Below are positions 15,001 through 28,737 of a DNA stretch of 64,000 bases, piece after piece. Origin of the DNA: Nemertoderma westbladi (lineage: Eukaryota > Animalia > Xenacoelomorpha). The notes below the pieces were generated by a model. It saw only the letters and a list, made by a program, of their open reading frames with translations. It searched no databases and had not been told where the DNA came from. A program made the translations under genes and the position numbers. The DNA lies in assembly GCA_032718475.1 (NCBI GenBank), contig JAUCBJ010008528.1, positions 62,001-126,000 on the forward strand, written 5' to 3'. Numbering within the stretch: position 1 is the stretch's first letter; each line of letters begins with the position of its first letter.

Positions 15001-18000
15001 TACTTCATAAGTTTATTGTTTGTTTCCCTTCGTACTCCATGAGTTTATTGTTTGTTTCCCTTCGTACTCCATGAGTTTATTGTTTGTTTCCCTTCATACT
15101 CCATGAGTTTATTGTTTGTTTCCCTTCGCACTCCATGAGTTTATTGTTTGTTTCCCTTCGTACTCCATGAGTTGATTGTTTGTTTCCCTTCATACTCCTC
15201 ATGAGTTTATTGTTTGTTTCCCTTCGTACTCCGTGAGTTTATTGTTTGTTTCCCTTCGTACTCCATGAGTTTATTGTTTGTTTCCCTTCGTACTACGTGA
15301 GTTTATTGTTTGTTTCCCTTCGTACTCCATGAGTTTATTGTTTGTTTCCCCTCGTACTCCATGAGTTTATTGTTTGTTTGCCTTCCTCGTACTCCATGAG
15401 TTTATTGTTTGTTTCCCTTCGTACTCCATGAGTTTATTGTTTGTTTCCCCTCGTACTCCATGTGTTTATTGTTTGTTTGCCTTCCTCGTACTCCATGAGT
15501 TTATTGTTTGTTTCCCTTCGTACTCCATGAGTTTATTGTTTATTTCCCTTCGTACTCCATGAGTTTATTGTTTGTTACCCTTCGTACTCCATGAGTTTAT
15601 TGTTTGTTTCTCTTCGTACTCCATGAGTTTATTGTTTGTTACCCTTCGTACTCCATGAGTTTATTGTTTGTTTCCCTTCGTACTCCATGAGTTTATTGTT
15701 TGTATTCCTTCGTACTCCATGAGTTGATTGTTTGTTTCCCTTCGTACTCCATGAGTTTATTGTTTGTTTCCCTTCGTACTCCTCATGAGTTTATTGTTTG
15801 TTTCCCTTCGTACTCATGAGTTTATTGTTTGTATTCCTTCGTACTCCATGAGTTGATTGTTTGTTTCCCTTCGTACTCCATGAGTTTATTGTTTGTTTCC
15901 CTTCGTACTTCATGAGTTGATTGTTTGTTTCCCTTCGTACTCCATGAGTTTATTGTTTGTTTCCCTTCGTACTCCATGAGTTTATTGTTTGTTTCCCTTC
16001 GTACTCCATGAGTTTATTGTTTGTTTCCCTTCGTACTCCATGAGTTTATTGTTTGTTTCCCTTCGTACTCAATGAGTTGATTGTTTGTTTCCCTTCGTAC
16101 TCCATGAGTTTATTGTTCGTTTCCCTTCGTTCCCCATGAGTTGATTGTTTGTTTCCCTTCGTACTTCATGAATTGATTGTTTGTTTCCCTTCGTACTTCA
16201 TGAGTTGATTGTTTGTTTCCCTTCGTACTCCTCATGAGTTTATTGTTTGTTTCCCTTCGCACTCATGAGTTTATTGTTTGTATTCCTTCGTACTCCATGA
16301 GTTTATTGTTTGTTTCTCTTCGTACTCCATGAGTTTATTGTTTGTTACCCTTCGTACTCCATGAGTTTATTGTTTGTTTCACTTCGTACTTCATGAGTTG
16401 ATTGTTTGTTTCCCTTCGTACTCCATGAGTTTATTGTTTGTTTCCCTTCGTACTCCATGAGTTTATTGTTTGTTTCCCTTCGTACTCCATGAGTTTATTG
16501 TTTGTTTCCCTTCGTACACCATGAGTTTATTGTTTGTTTCCCTTCGCACTCCATGAGTTTATTGTTTGTTTCCCTTCGTACTCCATGAGTTGATTGTTTG
16601 TTTCCCTTCGTACTCCTCATGAGTTTATTGTTTGTTTCCCTTCGTACTCCGTGAGTTTATTGTTTGTTTCCCTTCGTACTCCATGAGTTTATTGTTTGTT
16701 TCCCCTCGTACTCCATGAGTTTATTGTTTGTTTGCCTTCCTCGTACTCCATGAGTTTATTGTTTGTTTCCCTTCGTACTCCATGAGTTTATTGTTTTTTT
16801 CCCCTCGTACTCCATGAGTTTATTGTTTGTTTGCCTTCCTCGTACTCCATGAGTTTATTGTTTGTTTCCCTTCGTACTCCATGAGTTTATTGTTTATTTC
16901 CCTTCGTACTCCATGAGTTCATTGTTTGTTTCCCTTCGTACTCCATGAGTTTATTGTTTGTTTCCCTTCGTACTCCATGAGTTTATTGTTTGTTTCCCTT
17001 TGTACTCCATGAGTTGATTGTTTGTTTCCCTTCGTACTTCATGAGTTGATTGTTTGTTTCTCTTCGTACTCCATGAGTTTATTGTTTGTTTCCCTTCGTA
17101 CTCCATGAGTTTATTGTTTGTTTCTCTTCGTACTCCATGAGTTTATTGTTTGTTTCCCTTCGTACTCCATGAGTTTATTGTTTGTTTCCCTTTGTACTTC
17201 ATGAGTTGATTGTTTGTTTCCCTTCGTACTTCATGAGTTGATTGTTTGTTTCCCTTCGTACTCCTCATGAGTTTATTGTTTGTTTCCCTTCGCACTCATG
17301 AGTTTATTGTTTGTATTCCTTCGTACTCCATGAGTTTATTGTTTGTTTCTCTTCGTACTCCATTAGTTTATTGTTTGTTACCCTTCGTACTCCATGAGTT
17401 TATTGTTTGTTTCACTTCGTACTTCATGAGTTGATTGTTTGTTTCCCTTCGTACTCCATGAGTTTATTGTTTGTTTCCCTTCGTACTCCATGAGTTTATT
17501 GTTTGTTTCCCTTCGCACTTCATAAGTTTATTGTTTGTTTCCCTTCGTACTCCGTGAGTTTATTGTTTGTTTCCCTTCGTACTCCATGAGTTTATTGTTT
17601 GTTTCCCTTCGTACTCCGTGAGTTTATTGTTTGTTTCCCTTCGTACTCCTCATGAGTTTATTGTTTGTTTCCCTTCGTACTCCATGAGTTTATTGTTTGT
17701 ATTCCTTCGTACTCCATGAGTTGATTGTTTGTTTCCCTTCGTACTCCATGAGTTTATTGTTTATTTCCCTTCGTACTCCATGAGTTTATTGTTTGTTACC
17801 CTTCGTACTCCATGAGTTTATTGTTTGTTTCTCTTCGTACTCCATGAGTTTATTGTTTGTTACCCTTCGTACTCCATGAGTTTATTGTTCGTTTCCCTTC
17901 GTACCCCATGAGTTGATTGTTTGTTTCCCTTCGTACTTCATGAATTGATTGTTTGTTTCCCTTCGTACTCCATGAGTTTATTGTTTGTTTCCCTTCGTAC

Positions 18001-21000
18001 TCCATGAGTTTATTGTTTGTTTCCCTTTGTACTCCATGAGTTGATTGTTTGTTTCCCTTCATACTTCATGAATTGATTGTTTGTTTCCCTTCGTACTCCA
18101 TGAGTTTATTGTTTGTTTCCCTTCGTACTCCATGAGTTTATTGTTTGTTTCCCTTTGTACTCCATGAGTTGATTGTTTGTTTCCCTTCATACTTCATGAG
18201 TTGATTCTTTGTTTCCCTTCGTACTCCATGAGTTTATTGTTTATTTCCCTTCGTACTCCATGAGTTTATTGTTTGTTACCCTTCGTACTCCATGAGTTTA
18301 TTGTTTGTTTCTCTTCGTACTCCATGAGTTTATTGTTTGTTACCCTTCGTACTCCATGAGTTTATTGTTTGTTACCCTTCGTACTCCATGAGTTTATTGT
18401 TTGTTTCTCTTCGTACTCCATGAGTTTATTGTTTGTTTCCCTTCGTACTCCATGAGTTTATTGTTTGTTTCCCTTCGTACTCCATGAGTTTATTGTTTGT
18501 TTCCCTTCCGCGTACTCCATGAGTTGATTGTTTGTTTCCCTTCGTACTCCATGAGTTTATTGTTTGTTTCCCTTCGTACTCCATGAGTTTATTGTTTGTA
18601 TTCCTTCGTACTGCATGAGTTGATTGTTTGTTTCCCTTCGTACTCCATGAGTTTATTGTTTGTTTCCCTTCGTACTCCATGAGTTTATTGTTTGTTTCCC
18701 TTCGTACTCCATGAGTTTATTGTTTGTTTCTCTTCGTACTCCATGAGTTTATTGTTTGTTTCCCTTCGTACCCCATGAGTTGATTGTTTGTTTCCCTTCG
18801 TACTTCATGAGTTGATTGTTTGTTTCCCTTCGTACTCCATGAGTTTATTGTTTGTTTCCCTTCGTACTCCATGAGTTTATTGTTTGTTTCCCTTTGTACT
18901 CCATGAGTTGATTGTTTGTTTCCCTTCGTACTTCATGAGTTGATTGTTTGTTTCCCTTCGTACTCCTCATGAATTTATTGTTTGTTTCCCTTCGCACTCA
19001 TATAGTTTATTGTTTGTATTCCTTCGTACTCCATGAGTTTATTGTTTGTTTCTCTTCGTACTCCATTAGTTTATTGTTTGTTACCCTTCGTACTCCATGA
19101 GTTTATTGTTTGTTTCACTTCGTACTTCATGAGTTGATTGTTTGTTTCCCTTCGTACTCCATGAGTTTATTGTTTGTTTCCCTTCGTACTCCATGAGTTT
19201 ATTGTTTGTTTCCCTTCGTACTTCATAAGTTTATTGTTTGTTTCCCTTCGTACTCCATGAGTTTATTGTTTGTTTCCCTTCGTACTCCATGAGTTTATTG
19301 TTTGTTTCCCTTCGTACTCCATGAGTTTATTGTTTGTTTCCCTTCGCACTCCATGAGTTTATTGTTTGTTTCCCTTCGTACTCCATGAGTTGATTGTTTG
19401 TTTCCCTTCATACTCCTCATGAGTTTATTGTTTGTTTCCCTTCGTACTCCGTGAGTTTATTGTTTGTTTCCCTTCGTACTCCATGAGTTTATTGTTTGTT
19501 TCCCTTCGTACTCCGTGAGTTTATTGTTTGTTTCCCTTCGTACTCCATGAGTTTATTGTTTGTTTCCCCTCGTACTCCATGAGTTTATTGTTTGTTTGCC
19601 TTCCTCGTACTCCATGAGTTTATTGTTTGTTTCCCTTCGTACTCCATGAGTTTATTGTTTGTTTCCCCTCGTACTCCATGAGTTTATTGTTTGTTTGCCT
19701 TCCTCGTACTCCATGAGTTTATTGTTTGTTTCCCTTCGTACTCCATGAGTTTATTGTTTATTTCCCTTCGTACTCCATGAGTTTATTGTTTGTTACCCTT
19801 CGTACTCCATGAGTTTATTGTTTGTTTCTCTTCGTACTCCATGAGTTTATTGTTTGTTACCCTTCGTACTCCATGAGTTTATTGTTTGTTTCCCTTCGTA
19901 CTCCATGAGTTTATTGTTTGTATTCCTTCGTACTCCATGAGTTGATTGTTTGTTTCCCTACGTACTCCATGAGTTTATTGTTTGTTACCCTTCGTACTCC
20001 ATGAGTTTATTGTTTGTTACCCTTCGTACTCCATGAGTTTATTGTTTATTTCCCTTCGTACTCCATGAGTTTATTGTTTGTTACCCTTCGTACTCCATGA
20101 GTTTATTGTTTGTTTCTCTTCGTACTCCATGAGTTTATTGTTTGTTACCCTTCGTACTCCATGAGTTTATTGTTTGTTACCCTTCGTACTCCATGAGTTT
20201 ATTGTTTGTTTCCCTTCGTACTCCATGAGTTTATTGTTTGTATTCCTTCGTACTCCATGAGTTGATTGTTTGTTTCCCTTCGTACTCCATGAGTTTATTG
20301 TTTGTTTCCCTTCGTACTCCTCATGAGTTTATTGTTTGTTTCCCTTCGTACTCATGAGTTTATTGTTTGTATTCCTTCGTACTCCATGAGTTGATTGTTT
20401 GTTTCCCTTCGTACTCCATGAGTTTATTGTTTGTTTCCCTTCGTACTCCTCATGAGTTTATTGTTTGTTACCCTTCGTACTTCATGAGTTGATTGTTTGT
20501 TTCCCTTCGTACTCCATGAGTTTATTGTTTGTTTCCCTTCGTACTCAATGAGTTGATTGTTTGTTTCCCTTCGTACTCCATGAGTTTATTGTTCGTTTCC
20601 CTTCGTACTCCATGAGTTTATTGTTTGTTTCCCTTCGTACTCCATGAGTTTATTGTTCGTTTCCCTTCGTACTCCATGAGTTTATTGTTTGTTTCCCTAC
20701 GTACTCCATGAGTTTATTGTTTGTTACCCTTCGTACTTCATGAGTTGATTGTTTGTTTCCCTTCGTACTCCATGAGTTTATTGTTTGTTTCCCTTCGTAC
20801 TCCATGAGTTTATTGTTTGTTTCCCTTCGTACTCCATGAGTTTATTGTTTGTTTCCCTTCGTACTCCATGAGTTTATTGTTTGTTTCCCTTCGTACTCAA
20901 TGAGTTGATTGTATGTTTCCCTTCGTACTCCATGAGTTTATTGTTCGTTTCCCTTCGTACCCCATGAGTTGATTGTTTGTTTCCCTTCGTACTTCATGAA

Positions 21001-24000
21001 TTGATTGTTTGTTTCCCTTCGTACTCCATGAGTTTATTGTTTGTTTCCCTTCGTACTCCATGAGTTTATTGTTTGTTTCCCTTTGTACTCCATGAGTTGA
21101 TTGTTTGTTTCCCTTCGTACTTCATGAGTTGATTGTTTGTTTCCCTTCGTACTCCTCATGAGTTTATTGTTTGTTTCCCTTCGCACTCATGAGTTTATTG
21201 TTTGTATTCCTTCGTACTCCATGAGTTTATTGTTTGTTTCTCTTCGTACTCCATGAGTTTATTGTTTGTTACCCTTCGTACTCCATGAGTTTATTGTTTG
21301 TTTCACTTCGTACTTCATGAGTTGATTGTTTGTTTCCCTTCGTACTCCATGAGTTTATTGTTTGTTTCCCTTCGTACTCCATGAGTTTATTGTTTGTTTC
21401 CCTTCGTACTTCATGAGTTGATTGTTTGTTTCCCTTCGTACTCCATGAGTTTATTGTTTGTTTCCCTTCGTACTCCATGAGTTTATTGTTTGTTTCCCTT
21501 CGTACTCCATGAGTTTATTGTTTGTTTCCCTTCGTACTCCATGAGTTTATTGTTTGTTTCCCTTCGTACTCAATGAGTTGATTGTTTGTTTCCCTTCGTA
21601 CTCCATGAGTTTATTGTTCGTTTCCCTTCGTACCCCATGAGTTGATTGTTTGTTTCCCTTCGTACTTCATGAATTGATTGTTTGTTTCCCTTCGTACTCC
21701 ATGAGTTTATTGTTTGTTTCCCTTCGTACTCCATGAGTTTATTGTTTGTTTCCCTTTGTACTCCATGAGTTGATTGTTTGTTTCCCTTCGTACTCCATGA
21801 GTTGATTGTTTGTTTCCCTTCGTACTCCTCATGAGTTTATTGTTTGTTTCCCTTCGCACTCATGAGTTTATTGTTTGTATTCCTTCGTACTCCATGAGTT
21901 TATTGTTTGTTTCGCTTCGTACTCCATGAGTTTATTGTTTGTTACCCTTCGTACTCCATGAGTTTATTGTTTGTTTCACTTCGTACTTCATGAGTTGATT
22001 GTTTGTTTCCCTTCGTACTCCATGAGTTTATTGTTTGTTTCCCTTCGTACTCCATGAGTTTATTGTTTGTTTCCCTTCGTACTCCATGAGTTTATTGTTT
22101 GTTTCCCTTCGTACTCCATGAGTTTATTGTTTGTTTCCCTTCGTACTCCATGAGTTTATTGTTTGTTTCCCTTCGCACTCCATGAGTTTATTGTTTGTTT
22201 CCCTTCGTACTCCATGAGTTGATTGTTTGTTTCCCTTCGTACTCCTCATGAGTTTATTGTTTGTTTCCCTTCGTACTCCGTGAGTTTATTGTTTGTTTCC
22301 CTTCGTACTCCATGAGTTTATTGTTTGTTTCCCCTCGTACTCCATGAGTTTATTGTTTGTTTGCCTTCCTCGTACTCCATGAGTTTATTGTTTGTTTCCC
22401 TTCGTACTCCATAAGTTTATTGTTTTTTTCCCCTCGTACTCCATGAGTTTATTGTTTGTTTGCCTTCCTCGTACTCCATGAGTTTATTGTTTGTTTCCCT
22501 TCGTACTCCATGAGTTTATTGTTTATTTCCCTTCGTACTCCATGAGTTTATTGTTTGTTTCCCTTCGTACTCCATGAGTTTATTGTTTGTTTCTCTTCGT
22601 ACTCCATGAGTTTATTGTTTGTTACCCTTCGTACTCCATGAGTTTATTGTTTATTTCCCTTCGTACTCCATGAGTTTATTGTTTGTTACCCTTCGTACTC
22701 CATGAGTTTATTGTTTGTTACCCTTCGTACTCCATGAGTTTATTGTTTGTTTCCCTGTGTACTCCATGAGTTTATTGTTTGTTACCCTTCGTACTCCATG
22801 AGTTTATTGTTTGTTTCTCTTCGTACTCCATGAGTTTATTGTTTGTTTCCCTTTGTACTCCATGAGTTTATTGTTTATTTCCCTTCGTACTCCATGAGTT
22901 TATTGTTTGTTACCCTTCGTACTCCATGAGTTTATTGTTTGTTTCTCTTCGTACTCCATGAGTTTATTGTTTGTTACCCTTCGTACTCCATGAGTTTATT
23001 GTTTATTTCCCTTCGTACTCCATGAGTTGATTGTTTGTTTTCCTACGTACTCCATGAGTTGATTGTTTGTTTCCCTTCGTACTTCATGAATTGATTGTTT
23101 GTTTCCCTTCGTACTCCATGAGTTTATTGTTTGTTTCCCTTCGTACTCCATGAGTTTATTGTTTGTTTCCCTTCGCACTCCATGAGTTTATTGTTTGTAT
23201 TCCTTCGTACTTCATGAGTTGATTGTTTGTTTCCCTTCGTACTCCTCATGAGTTTATTGTTTGTTTCCCTTCGCACTCATGAGTTTATTGTTTGTATTCC
23301 TTCGTACTCCATGAGTTTATTGTTTGTTTCTCTTCGTACTCCATGAGTTTATTGTTTGTTACCTTTCGTACTCCATGAGTTTATTGTTTGTTTCACTTCG
23401 TACTTCATGAGTTTATTGTTTGTTTGCCTTCCTCGTACTCCATGAGTTTATTGTTTGTTTCCCTTCGTACTCCATGAGTTTATTGTTTTTTTCCCCTCGT
23501 ACTCCATGAGTTTATTGTTTGTTTGCCTTCCTCGTACTCCATGAGTTTATTGTTTGTTTCCCTTCGTACTCCATGAGTTTATTGTTTATTTCCCTTCGTA
23601 CTCCATGAGTTTATTGTTTGTTACCCTTCGTACTCCATGAGTTTATTGTTTGTTTCTCTTCGTACTCCATGAGTTTATTGTTTGTTACCCTTCGTACTCC
23701 ATGAGTTTATTGTTTGTTTCCCTTCGTACTCCATGAGTTTATTGTTTGTTTCCCTTCGTACTCCATGAGTTTATTGTTTGTTTCCCTTCCGCGTACTCCA
23801 TGAGTTGATTGTTTGTTTCCCTTCGTACTCCTCATGAGTTTATTGTTTGTTTCCCTTCGTACTCCATGAGTTTATTGTTTGTATTCCTTCGTACTCCATG
23901 AGTTGATTGTTTGTTTCCCTTCGTACTCCATGAGTTTATTGTTTGTTTCCCTTCGTACTCCATGAGTTTATTGTTTGTTTCCCTTCGTACTCCATGAGTT

Positions 24001-26980
24001 TATTGTTTGTTTCCCTTCGTACTCCATGAGTTTATTGTTTGTTTCCCTTCGTACCCCATGAGTTGATTGTTTGTTTCCCTTCGTACTTCATGAGTTGATT
24101 GTTTGTTTCCCTTCGTACTCCATGAGTTTATTGTTTGTTTCCCTTCGTACTCCATGAGTTTATTGTTTGTTTCCCTTTGTACTCCATGAGTTGATTGTTT
24201 GTTTCCCTTCGTACTTCATGAGTTGATTGTTTGTTTCTCTTCGTACTCCATGAGTTTATTGTTTGTTTCCCTTCGCACTCCATGAGTTTATTGTTTGTTT
24301 CTCTTCGTACTCCATGAGTTTATTGTTTGTTTCCCTTCGTACTCCATGAGTTTATTGTTTGTTTCCCTTTGTACTTCATGAGTTGATTGTTTGTTTCCCT
24401 TCGTACTTCATGAGTTGATTGTTTGTTTCCCTTCGTACTCCTCATGAGTTTATTGTTTGTTTCCCTTCGCACTCATGAGTTTATTGTTTGTATTCCTTCG
24501 TACTCCATGAGTTTATTGTTTGTTTCTCTTCGTACTCCATTAGTTTATTGTTTGTTACCCTTCGTACTCCATGAGTTTATTGTTTGTTTCACTTCGTACT
24601 TCATGAGTTGATTGTTTGTTTCCCTTCGTACTCCATGAGTTTATTGTTTGTTTCCCTTCGTACTCCATGAGTTTATTGTTTGTTTCCCTTCGCACTTCAT
24701 AAGTTTATTGTTTGTTTCCCTTCGTACTCCATGAGTTTATTGTTTGTTTCCCTTCGTACTCCATGAGTTTATTGTTTGTTTCCCTTCGTACTCCATGAGT
24801 TTATTGTTTGTTTCCCTTCGCACTCCATGAGTTTATTGTTTGTTTCCCTTCGTACTCCATGAGTTTATTGTTTGTTTCTCTTCATACTCCTCATGAGTTT
24901 ATTGTTTGTTTCCCTTCGTACTCCGTGAGTTTATTGTTTGTTTCCCTTCGTACTCCATGAGTTTATTGTTTGTTTCCCTTCGTACTCCGTGAGTTTATTG
25001 TTTGTTTCCCTTCGTACTCCATGAGTTTATTGTTTGTTTCCCTTCGTACTCCGTGAGTTTATTGTTTGTTTCCCTTCGTACTCCATGAGTTTATTGTTTG
25101 TTTCCCCTCGTACTCCATGAGTTTATTGTTTGTTTGCCTTCCTCGTACTCCATGAGTTTATTGTTTGTTTCCCTTCGTACTCCATGAGTTTATTGTTTGT
25201 TTCCCCTCGTACTCCATGAGTTTATTGTTTGTTTGCCTTCCTCGTACTCCATGAGTTTATTGTTTGTTTCCCTTCGTACTCCATGAGTTTATTGTTTATT
25301 TCCCTTCGTACTCCATGAGTTTATTGTTTGTTACCCTTCGTACTCCATGAGTTTATTGTTTGTTTCTCTTCGTACTCCATGAGTTTATTGTTTGTTACCC
25401 TTCGTACTCCATGAGTTTATTGTTTGTTTCCCTTCGTACTCCATGAGTTTATTGTTTGTATTCCTTCGCACTCATGAGTTTATTGTTTGTATTCCTTCGT
25501 ACTCCATGAGTTTATTGTTTGTTTCCCTTCGTACTCCATGAGTTTATTGTTTGTTTCCCTTCGTACTCCATGAGTTTATTGTTTGTTTCCCTTCGTACTC
25601 CATGAGTTTATTGTTTGTTTCCCTTCGTACTCCATGAGTTTATTGTTTGTTTGCCTTCCTCGTACTCCATGAGTTTATTGTTTGTTTCCCTTCGTACTCC
25701 ATGAGTTTATTGTTTTTTTCCCCTCGTACTCCATGAGTTTATTGTTTGTTTGCCTTCCTCGTACTCCATGAGTTTATTGTTTGTTTCCCTTCGTACTCCA
25801 TGAGTTTATTGTTTATTTCCCTTCGTACTCCATGAGTTTATTGTTTGTTACCCTTCGTACTCCATGAGTTTATTGTTTGTTTCTCTTCGTACTCCATGAG
25901 TTTATTGTTTGTTACCCTTCGTACTCCATGAGTTTATTGTTTGTTACCCTTCGTACTCCATGAGTTTATTGTTTGTTTCTATTCGTACTCCATGAGTTTA
26001 TTGTTTGTTACCCTTCGTACTCCATGAGTTTATTGTTTGTTTCCCTTCGTACTCCATGAGTTTATTGTTTGTATTCCTTCGTACTCCATGAGTTGATTGT
26101 TTGTTTCCCTTCGTACTCCATGAGTTGATTGTTTGTTTCCCTTCGTACTCCATGAGTTTATTGTTCGTTTCCCTTCGTACTCCATGAGTTTATTGTTTGT
26201 TTCCCTTCCGCGTACTCCATGAGTTGATTGTTTGTTTCCCTTCGTACTCCATGAGTTGATTGTTTGTTTCCCTTCGTACTTCATGAGTTGATTGTTTGTT
26301 TCCCTTCGTACTCCTCATGGGTTTATTGTTTGTTTCTCTTCGTACTCCATGAGTTTATTATTTGTTTCCCTTCGTACTCTATGAGTTTATTGTTTGTTTC
26401 CCTTCGTACTCCATGAGTTTATTGTTTGTTGTCCCTTCGTACTCCATGAGTTGATTGTTTGTTTCCCTTCGTACTCCATGAGTTGATTGTTTGTTTCCCT
26501 TCGTACTTCATGAGTTGATTGTTTGTTTCCCTTCCGCGTACTCCATGAGTTGATTGTTTGTTTCCCTTCGTACTCCATGAGTTGATTGTTTGTTTCCCTT
26601 CGTACTTCATGAGTTGATTGTTTGTTTCCCTTCGTACTCCATGAGTTGATTGTTTGTTTCCCTTCGTACTTCATGAGTTGATTGTTTGTTTCCCTACGTA
26701 CTCCATGAGTTTATTGTTTGTTTCCCTTCCTCGTACTCCATGAGTTTATTGTTTGTTTCCCTTCGTACTCCGTGAGTTTATTGTTTGTTTCCCTTCGTAC
26801 TCCATGAGTTTATTGTTTGTTTCCCTACGTACTCCATGAGTTTATTGTTTGTTTCCCTTCGTACTCCATGAGTTTATTATTTGTTTCCCTTCGTACTCTA
26901 TGAGTTTATTGTTTGTTTCCCTTCGTACTCCATGAGTTTATTGTTTGTTTCCCTTCGTACTCCATGAGTTTATTGTTTGT
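1..26980. repeat. 32-bp tandem satellite (consensus TTTATTGTTTGTTTCCCTTCGTACTCCATGAG), ~840 copies, intronic, continues beyond the left edge
   Basis: Uninterrupted head-to-tail repeats with recurrent variants (TTGATT, CTCCTCATG, CTCATG, CTTCCGCGTA, GCCTTCCTCG, TTACCC, TTTCCTACG) and no unique spacers. All ORFs listed here are translations of the unit. Confidence 0.99.
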
Positions 26981-26986
26981 CCCCAG

Positions 26987-27120
26987 ACATCCTCTATGAG
27001 TCAACCGGAGCTGCGTAAACGCATGAAACATCGAGTCATCCCACCACCACTATCGTTACGAGCAGCGCCATCTAGCGATCAAACATCACAATTCCTTTTA
27101 CCAACAGTAAAGGATCCAAG
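26987..27120 (+). CDS. HDAC4: class IIa HDAC exon, pre-catalytic region (TSSMSQPELRKRMKHRVIPPPLSL...VKDPR)
   Basis: Acceptor tttattgtttgtccccAG (26985-86) and donor AG|GTTTAG (27121). The 134 nt end in phase 2 and join in frame to the exon at 32855 (AG+G = Arg, then SANVDVQAVIRKR). No conserved domain in this exon, so the assignment rests on splice sites and phase. Confidence 0.75.
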
Positions 27121-27859
27121 GTTTAGTTATATTCATAATATCTTCTTTAAATACATTCTCTCTCTGTTAAGTATTATTATTGACTTTGTGAGATAATATA
27201 TAGGCTAATAATATAACGATGTATATGTGATTAATTATTGCATAATAAGCTACAGTAAGGATGTAGTTTATATTGCAATCTTGGCATGCATCAATGTCCG
27301 AGAGGTCAGGTCAATATCTTCAATCAATAGTTGTCCGTCCTTCCCGTCCCACTGTTCACTTACCGTACTGGTTGGCAAGCTGTTGTTCGGCAGTTGGTAA
27401 AGACCTTAATAATAATGCTGAGACCGTATGATTTAATTAATTTTAACGAGAGTTCAATAGAATTAGCATTATACTGAAGAAATTAAATCTTGCATCTTGG
27501 GTTGCAGCAGAGCTCGACCAATAGAGACACGATAACGAGGGTTATTATTAACTTGTTGCGCCCGGTCGAGCCGGCATTTATTCATGTAAAATTGGCAGAT
27601 AACATTAAAAAAACCAGAAACACTGTCCATAGCTAAAATTATACAGATATCATTAAGACTTAGAAAACTTATATAATAGTCCGGCTATAAATTACCTTGA
27701 GGGTACTAGTATTAGACTAAATGTAACCTAGGTTACATGGACACGTTTGTTTAAAACTATTTAATCAGTTATGCACAAAATAAAAGTAGGCCAACGGCCA
27801 TACAGATCCAACATTTCAAAAAAAATCAAATTCATTGCTGATTTGTAATCAGGAATAAC

Positions 27860-28262
27860 CGCAATGAATCAATATGTGAGGTTAAACGTGTTACAACACA
27901 ATACAATAACATGTTATATATATTACAATGCATATGGTCATTGGTCAATGACCTTGCGTTTAACAAATTGATCAATTGCACGATAATTATACAATTATGC
28001 GTAGATAATACGAAATCCATTCAGCCAGGTAGTGGTACTCGAGTTAACCCACCCGGGTTGTATTAATCAAAATATTTATAGTCCATATTCTAGAATCGGA
28101 TTAAACAATCCACAGTAGAGTTACACAGTATAGAAAATTGGCAACGCAATGAATCAATGTAGGAGCTTAAACGTGTTACAACACAATACAATATAATACA
28201 TTTTATATATATTACAACATATTGCCTTATCCAATTAATCTATAGGTCAATTGCACGATACT
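27860..28262. repeat. imperfect direct duplication of ~130 bp (27860-27985 and 28145-28262)
   Basis: CGCAATGAATCAAT...TTAAACGTGTTACAACACAATACAATA...CAATTGCACGATA occurs twice. Confidence 0.8.
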
Positions 28263-28386
28263 ATTAGATCCGGTTACGTTAGCTATAAATTCTGTAACTA
28301 GAACGCCAGCAAGCTGGCTTTAAACGAACCTGTCTTTCAAGTTCAAGGTTCAACTGTATACAGTAATGTTCTTCGATAAGAAAAAA

Positions 28387-28575
28387 GTATCGGAAAGAAG
28401 CACTTTTAGTCACAAATTTTAATTAACCGAAATTCAATTAATCTATCTGGGTGTATTGAGATTTGCACGAGTAAGGAGGCTTTTAAAATTCCATCGAGTG
28501 CAAAACCCAATACACGAGGGCAGAATATCTGAATTTCGGTTACTGAAATTAATTACAAGGAGTTCTTTCCGACAC
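28387..28575. mobile_element. small degenerate inverted-repeat element (MITE-like)
   Basis: GTATCGGAAAGAA...TAACCGAAATTC versus GAATTTCGGTTA...TTCTTTCCGACAC. Confidence 0.5.
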
Positions 28576-28737
28576 GTTTTAGGCACTAATGTAATAAATA
28601 TTGATGAAAAATCCAAATAATATCTTTAACCGAAAAGCATAGTAATATAACTTTTTGATCAAGTTCTGCAGATATGGCGGCCCATGAAAAATATACCAGA
28701 TTTTCTGCCGTATATTTTCACTTTGCAGTTTACCCCA

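Noticed and set aside
275-26674. Many ORFs such as MEYEGKQTINSWSTKGNKQ and MFPFVLHEFIVC
   Set aside because: Translations of the 32-bp unit cycling through frames, opened only where a variant removes a stop.
1-26980. CRISPR array (32-bp repeats)
   Set aside because: Repeats are contiguous with no unique spacers, there are no cas genes, and the context is a eukaryotic intron.
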